Assembly: GCA_963796685.1 (NCBI GenBank)
Contig: CAWCMR010000006.1
Coordinates: 224,001 to 288,000, forward strand
Source: an uncultured delta proteobacterium
GTDB taxonomy: Bacteria; Myxococcota_A; Polyangia; Fen-1088
Direction of reading: 5' to 3'
DNA: 64,000 bases
A program made the translations under genes and the position numbers. Of the stretch, positions 59,014-64,000 are shown one piece after another. Numbering within the stretch: position 1 is the stretch's first letter; every line of letters begins with the position of its first letter. Under the pieces are notes generated by a model. It searched no databases. It was given only the letters and a program-made list of their open reading frames with translations, and was not told where the DNA came from.

Positions 59014-60259
59014 CGAAGATTGACGGCTTCCATCTCCTCGTGTGCGACCTTGATTCCCTTTTTGTACGAGTTCCGGTCGGCGGCGGCGCGGATGTGGAGG
59101 CCCCGCTTTGTCGTTGTGGCTCCAATCAGATTGACGACGGTTTCGAGAGTCTCAAGCGGCCTCCCCCTCCAGTTCGCGGTGATGTGGCAGAACATCCGGT
59201 GTTCGATCTTGTTCCACTTGCTCGTCCCAGGCGGGTAGTGCGCTACTTGTATCCGCAATCCGCTCTCGTCCGCGAATTCCTGAAGTTCTGTCTTCCAAAG
59301 ACGCACTCGTGCCCCGTTGCTGCCACCTCCGTCCGCAGTGATGAGCAGCTCCTCCGCTTCCGGATACACTGCCTTGCCCATCCTCTTCCACCAACGACGG
59401 ATGGTTTCCACTGCAAACTCGGCGGTGTCGTGGTCAATCCCCACGCTCACCCAACCCTCGTTCCTTGCGAGGTCGTACACGCCATACGGAATCGCCTTGC
59501 CGAGTTCCTTGTCAATGAAGTCATGAACCCGGACGGGAACCGGCGAACCCTTCGGCTCCCATTCGCGGCCTCCGTTCTTGAAATCGCCCAGGTTCTCCTT
59601 CTTTTTGGTGTCGACAGAGATTACAGGCAGCCCCTTCGACTGGAACTCCTTCGCCCGGCGGTTGATGTACTCGAACTGGGCATCTCGGTCTGGATCCTGC
59701 TTGCCCTCTCTGGTCTTGTGGTTTGCCTGCAGACTGTAGTCCAGATCCACCAGTAGCTCTCGCACCTTGGTTGCGCTGACCGGGTGCCCCTGCGCTGTCA
59801 GTTCTTCAGCGAGGCGCCGCGTGCCTTTGCTTGTCCAACGAAGCGGCGATTCCGGATCTCCTCGTGTAGCGGGGTCGATCAGACGCTCAAGGGCTTTGAC
59901 CAGTTCTGGGTCCTGATCCTCAATGCGTTTGCGCCCAGCACCGGGGCGGCGCACCCTCTGTTCGCATGGTGCCGCCAATGGCGGCGTCTCCCGCTGCACC
60001 TGCAAATCTCTTTTCCCTGCAACGATTCTCTTGTGGCGCAGGCCGGTCGCGCGAGTGACGATGGCGACGCCGCCGCGACCCAGTGATTCTGCTTCCGCTG
60101 CGGCCCACAGTCGAATCTGGCGCTCATTCAAAATGGGCGTCAGATCACAAAAGAGCTTTCGAACCCGTTCCACTTCGTCCATATTGCGACACTCTTCCCT
60201 TTGAGTGCACAATATACGCAATTGTCCCTATATGCGCTCCTTTATTTACGCGCGAGACC

Positions 60260-60424
60260 TAACGCCCTGCCGTTCAGCGGCGAGGGCCGTAGGTGAAGGT
60301 CGATAGTAGCACTGCCGGGGCCGCGCGGCGGCCTTCCGATCATCAGATGAGCCGCGCGGCCCCGGCTCGTTGACCGTCGACCGAGAGTTGACAGGCCCTC
60401 GTCCGCTGCAACGGCATGTTCGAC
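60260..60424 (-). other. Long attC site (R' core split by ISAzo13; remainder at 57506-57511)
   Basis: R'' GTCGAAC, ATGCCGTTGCAGCGG ... CCGCTGAACGGCAGGGCGTTA|GGC. Confidence 0.88.
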
Positions 60425-60667
60425 AGCCAGGCCACCGACCTTCTCCAATTCCACTTCCAAACCCTTGACGAAATCGGTCCTCCTCGGCGCCAAGCTCTCG
60501 ACTTAAGGCTCGTCGCCCACCACGAGGCTCACGACGCTGGTCCCGATCCAACCTTCAAAATGGCACCAGTCCTGCCCGTGAGATCGGTCTTGCTGCTTCG
60601 ATGATCGCGGGCCGCGCCCCATCATTGACCTACCCGCTTCCGGCGACTTCTTCCTCTGCGGCGGTCT

Positions 60668-60706
60668 GTCGAACTACCTATTAGCATGCGAAGAATAACA
60701 TTAGCG
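60668..60706 (-). other. attI-like site
   Basis: TGCTAAT-AGGTA-GTTCGAC (7-5-7 spacing) with upstream GCTAATGTTAT and no attC hairpin. Confidence 0.65.
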
Positions 60707-60960
60707 CAGCGGCGGAAGGTGGGGTTTTCGGGCGGGTCGGGGGTTCGAATCCCTGCGATTTCGCGTGGTTGGCGGTCGCGCTTGGCGCCTTGGGCGCTCG
60801 TGGCCGCTTCGTAAGCAGGATTCCGTCCGCGCGCGGGCGCTGCCAATTGGTGGTCTAGCGGTCGAGTGGGCTGCGTAGGCCAAGGCCGGTGACCAGGCGC
60901 GCGTCGGCCGATAGGCCCGCGTCCGCGAAGGTGGCGCAGGCCGCAAGGGCTTTCGGTGCT

Positions 60961-61746
60961 CTACACCACGATCCGGCGCCGCAGCCTGCGCACGGCGAAG
61001 GCGCCCGCCACCAGGGTCGTGAGGACCAGGAAGGCGAAGTCGGCGGCCAACATGGGCGAGAAGTGGGAGAGGGCGAGCGAGCGGGCCAGTCGGACGGCGT
61101 GGGTCAGGGGCAGAATTTCGGCCACTGGACGAAGCGCGCGCGGCAGGCTGGACAAGGGAAAGATGGTTCCGGAAAAGAAGAACATCGGCGACAGGAAGCC
61201 GGTGAAGTAGAAATTGAAGTGGTTGATGTTGCGGACGAACGAGGCCACCAGCAGCGAGATCGCGCCGAACATGGTGCCGGTCAGAAATCCGATGGGCACG
61301 GCGAGCACGCCCATGGGCATGGGAATGGCACCGAAGAGGGACATGACCAGCACGACACAGGCGCTGAAGAACAGGCCTTTGCTGCCCGCCCACAGGATTT
61401 CGCCCACGAAGAGATCGTTGACGGTGACCGGCGCCGCGACCATCCCGTCGTAGGCCTTCTGGAATTCCAGCCGCACGAAGGTGCCGAAGGTGCACTCGTA
61501 GGACGACGTGAACATGGCCGAGGTCACGGGCAGCGCGGTGGCGAGAAAGACGAGATAGGGGATGCTGTCCATGGCCGCGATGTACCGGCCGAGGCCGAGC
61601 CCGATGCCCACCAGGAAGATCACCGGTTCGAGAAAGGGCGGCAGCCCGTTGCTGACCAGGTTGCGCGTGTACACGCGCATGTGGCGGTACCAGACGCTGT
61701 GCAGGCGCCAGGCGAGAGCCGGCGGATGAATGTCACTGGCGGGCAT
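60961..61746 (-). CDS. ABC-2 permease (NodJ-like)
   Basis: Six TM segments; PMFFFSGTIFP, LPLTH. Confidence 0.9.
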   Translation of the reverse strand: MPASDIHPPALAWRLHSVWYRHMRVYTRNLVSNGLPPFLEPVIFLVGIGLGLGRYIAAMDSIPYLVFLATALPVTSAMFTSSYECTFGTFVRLEFQKAYDGMVAAPVTVNDLFVGEILWAGSKGLFFSACVVLVMSLFGAIPMPMGVLAVPIGFLTGTMFGAISLLVASFVRNINHFNFYFTGFLSPMFFFSGTIFPLSSLPRALRPVAEILPLTHAVRLARSLALSHFSPMLAADFAFLVLTTLVAGAFAVRRLRRRIVV

Positions 61747-62665
61747 CGAGCCTCCTTCCGGTCGCCTTGAGAAAGACGTCCTCGAGGGTGCTCGGGCGTA
61801 GATGGAAGTCGCCGGGCGGCAGCTGGTCGGCGACTGTTTTCAGGGCCGCATAGTCCGCGGCGTACACGCTCACCGATTCTTCCGATTGCTCGACGCGCGC
61901 GGCCCCCGCGGGCAGGCGTTCGAGCGCCTGCGGCGCGAGCTTCACGTCGGTCAGCTCCAGCACGTAGGGCTCGATGTGGCTGCCAAGGAGCAACTTGGGG
62001 TTGCCGCGCAACACCGCCTTGCCGTTCTCGAGGATGAGGACGTCGTCGCAGAGCTGGAACGCCTCCTCCATGTAGTGGGTGGTCAGCATGATAGTGAGGC
62101 CGCCGCGCTTGAGTTGGCGCAGCTTGTCCCAGATGGTGTGCCGCACTTGCGGATCGAGACCGGTCGTCGGCTCGTCGAGAATGAGCAGGCGCGGCTCGTT
62201 GAGCAGGGCGCGCACGATGACCAGCCTGCGTTTCATGCCGCCCGAGAGCTCGCGGATGCTGGCCCGAGCCTTCTCGTGCAGCTCCATGAATTCGAGCAGC
62301 TCGGCGATGCGCGCCTCGGCCCGCTTGGCGGGGATGCCGTAGAGTCGGGCGAAGACGCGCAGGTTCTGCTGCACGTTCAGCTCCTCGTCCAGGTTGTCGT
62401 CCTGGGGCACCACGCCCGAGCGGCACTTGATTTCGAGCTCGTCACGCTCGGGATCGAAGCCGAACACCGAAACCGTTCCATGCGGCTCCGCGTCGCGCTC
62501 GGCCTTGCGATAGATGAGGCGCATGATGGTGCTCTTGCCCGCCCCGTTGCGCCCGAGCAGGCCGAAGCACGTCGAGGGCGCCACGTCGAAGCTCACCCCG
62601 TCGACGGCTTTCACGTCGCGGTAGGATTTGTGGACATTGTCGAAGACGATGACGGCATCAGCCAT
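61733..62665 (-). CDS. ABC ATPase (NodI-like)
   Basis: GRNGAGKS, LSGGMKRR, DEPTTGLD, TTHYMEEA. Confidence 0.93.
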   Translation of the reverse strand: MADAVIVFDNVHKSYRDVKAVDGVSFDVAPSTCFGLLGRNGAGKSTIMRLIYRKAERDAEPHGTVSVFGFDPERDELEIKCRSGVVPQDDNLDEELNVQQNLRVFARLYGIPAKRAEARIAELLEFMELHEKARASIRELSGGMKRRLVIVRALLNEPRLLILDEPTTGLDPQVRHTIWDKLRQLKRGGLTIMLTTHYMEEAFQLCDDVLILENGKAVLRGNPKLLLGSHIEPYVLELTDVKLAPQALERLPAGAARVEQSEESVSVYAADYAALKTVADQLPPGDFHLRPSTLEDVFLKATGRRLDARQ

Positions 62666-62718
62666 GGCCGCCTAGGGTTAGCACAACCCGTCGACAATCC
62701 AAGCGGTCTCGCTCGGCG

Positions 62719-64000
62719 CTAATCTCGCCAGGCGTAGGGTGGCGCCGGGGTCTTGTCCGTGCCAGGGTCGAGACAGGTCGAGCCGTCGACGAAGCCCGAA
62801 CAGGTGCCGCTTGCTCGGTCCGCGCGCAGCTCTACGTCGCCGATGAGCGCGCCTCCGCTGAGGTTTCGCCCCTCGAAGAAATCGAGGGGATAGAACGTCG
62901 TCATCGCCTTGGTCGAGGCACCCGTCACGGAGAACGCGCTGCCGAAGATCGTCAGAGCACCGACGGTGGCATCCGCCACCTTGCCGCCAAGCACCTGGGC
63001 GTGGTCTTGGATCTTCGCCGAGCCGGTCACACCGTTGCCCGTCACCAGGGCATAGGGTCCGACGTAGACCGTGGAAGCCAGGCCGGACGGGCCGCAGCCG
63101 CCGCCGTTGGTGATGCGCACCGTGCCCGAGGGACAGGCGTCTAGTTTGCCACCCTGGAATCCATCGGGCCAGGCGTTGGTCAACTGGATCATGTAGGGAT
63201 AGCGCGGCACGGTGCCGTAGGCCTGATCCCAGACGATCTGCTGCTGGGTGGAAGGAGTGGCCGCGACGGCCAGGAAGAGGGACTCGCCCGCGTTGATGCA
63301 GAAATCGAGCGCGGCGTCCGAGCCGCTCTGCATGGTGCTGTAGCGGGCCTTCGTGATGCCGGAGTCGGTGGCGACCAGGCCCCAGCGCCAGTCCGGGCTG
63401 GGCGCGGCCGAGGTCACGCCACGGAAGGTGACGGTGACGCTGGTGGCACCGGCATCGGGATAGAGCCGGATGATGTTGTAGCCGAAGCGTTGCGGTGCCC
63501 AGGAGAAGGGCGAGGCGAAGCGCCGGTTGTTGGCGTAATCGGTGTCGAGCGGCTCGACCTTGGTGAGGCGCAACCTGCGCTCGTTCTTCGATGTGTCGGT
63601 GACGAGACCATAGTTTTTGCGGAAGAGCGCCCCTTGATTGCCGCCCGCGGTGCTCTCGGGTGCAGGGTCCTGGTAGTCCCAGGTCACGTTGTGCATGGCC
63701 CAGTCGCCCGTGAAATCGTTGAGCTGGGTGATGGTCCAGCTTTGGCTGTTCATGATGGCGGTGAAGGGATCGCTTACCGCCTTGCCGTCCCAGATGGCGT
63801 TGACCGCGCTGTAGCAGTACTTGTCCTTCAGGTATTCCATGAACTGCCAGTTGCAGTACCGGTCGCGCGTCGAGCCCAGGTAGAGGTGGGACGCGTTGGC
63901 CAACATCTCGGAACAGTGGACATTGCTCGCGTGGTATTCGACCTGCTGCTGCGCGGCCCAGTTGGCGTGGCTTTCGTAGATCCAGCCACAGGTGTTCGAC
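62719..64000 (-). CDS. Secreted metallopeptidase-like (DUF6055-like) protein, partial
   Basis: Frame open to the right edge; WIYESHANW, RYCNWQF, C-terminal beta-helix-like VYVGPYA. Confidence 0.6.
   Translation of the reverse strand, partial: SNTCGWIYESHANWAAQQQVEYHASNVHCSEMLANASHLYLGSTRDRYCNWQFMEYLKDKYCYSAVNAIWDGKAVSDPFTAIMNSQSWTITQLNDFTGDWAMHNVTWDYQDPAPESTAGGNQGALFRKNYGLVTDTSKNERRLRLTKVEPLDTDYANNRRFASPFSWAPQRFGYNIIRLYPDAGATSVTVTFRGVTSAAPSPDWRWGLVATDSGITKARYSTMQSGSDAALDFCINAGESLFLAVAATPSTQQQIVWDQAYGTVPRYPYMIQLTNAWPDGFQGGKLDACPSGTVRITNGGGCGPSGLASTVYVGPYALVTGNGVTGSAKIQDHAQVLGGKVADATVGALTIFGSAFSVTGASTKAMTTFYPLDFFEGRNLSGGALIGDVELRADRASGTCSGFVDGSTCLDPGTDKTPAPPYAWRD

Larger units (their letters stand above)
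57539..60182 (-). pseudogene. ISAzo13 transposase interrupted near its 3' end by ISL3
   Basis: ISVDTKKKE, TADGGGSN, SKWNKIEHR; C-terminus PARFRGDWNY resumes below 57594. Confidence 0.9.
57512..60259 (-). mobile_element. ISAzo13-family element inserted in an attC R' core
   Basis: IRs GGTCTCGCGCG(A/T)AAATAA; TAA duplicated at 57509-57511 and 60260-60262. Confidence 0.9.
51955..60706 (-). mobile_element. Integron gene-cassette array (about 7 cassettes) without an adjacent intI
   Basis: Recurring attC sites RYYYAAC..AAGCCGTTGCAG...CTGAACGGC..GTTRRRY; the start and end cores of intact cassettes are complementary. Confidence 0.93.

Noticed and set aside
52387-60424. Recurring GCCGTTCAGC / GCAACGGC motifs as CRISPR or REP repeats
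   Set aside because: Spacing, core sites and gene-sized inserts identify them as attC L boxes.
60735-60760. GGGGTTCGAATCCC resembling a tRNA T-arm
   Set aside because: No acceptor, D or anticodon arms could be built, and it does not match the tRNA-Ala att sequence.

Overview
GC-rich bacterial window, probably Myxococcota/Polyangia-like (inferred from gene content). (1) 1-15.5 kb is an integrative element abutting the 3' end of tRNA-Ala(GGC). It carries a tyrosine integrase, three excisionase-like HTH genes, a primase/helicase-like gene, a mirror-image iteron array, a 28-bp hairpin, a serine recombinase and an intact IS21 with passenger ORFs. (2) 15.8-51 kb is mostly chromosomal: ilvC, a Suv3-like helicase, a chemosensory cluster with a HEAT-repeat protein, a RibD/PTPS/glycosyltransferase cluster, an AAA ATPase plus DUF4276-like pair, TldD/PmbA, hcp with a Crp/Fnr regulator, a radical SAM protein, an HtrA-like protease and GH12. 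(3) 52-60.7 kb is a minus-strand integron cassette array with an attI-like site but no adjacent intI. One attC is split by a group II intron with non-IIC features. Another is split at its crossover core by an ISAzo13 that itself contains an ISL3. (4) A NodIJ-like ABC pair and a partial secreted protein end the window. Several isolated frameshifts suggest assembly indel errors. Family assignments come from motif recognition by eye, not database searches.
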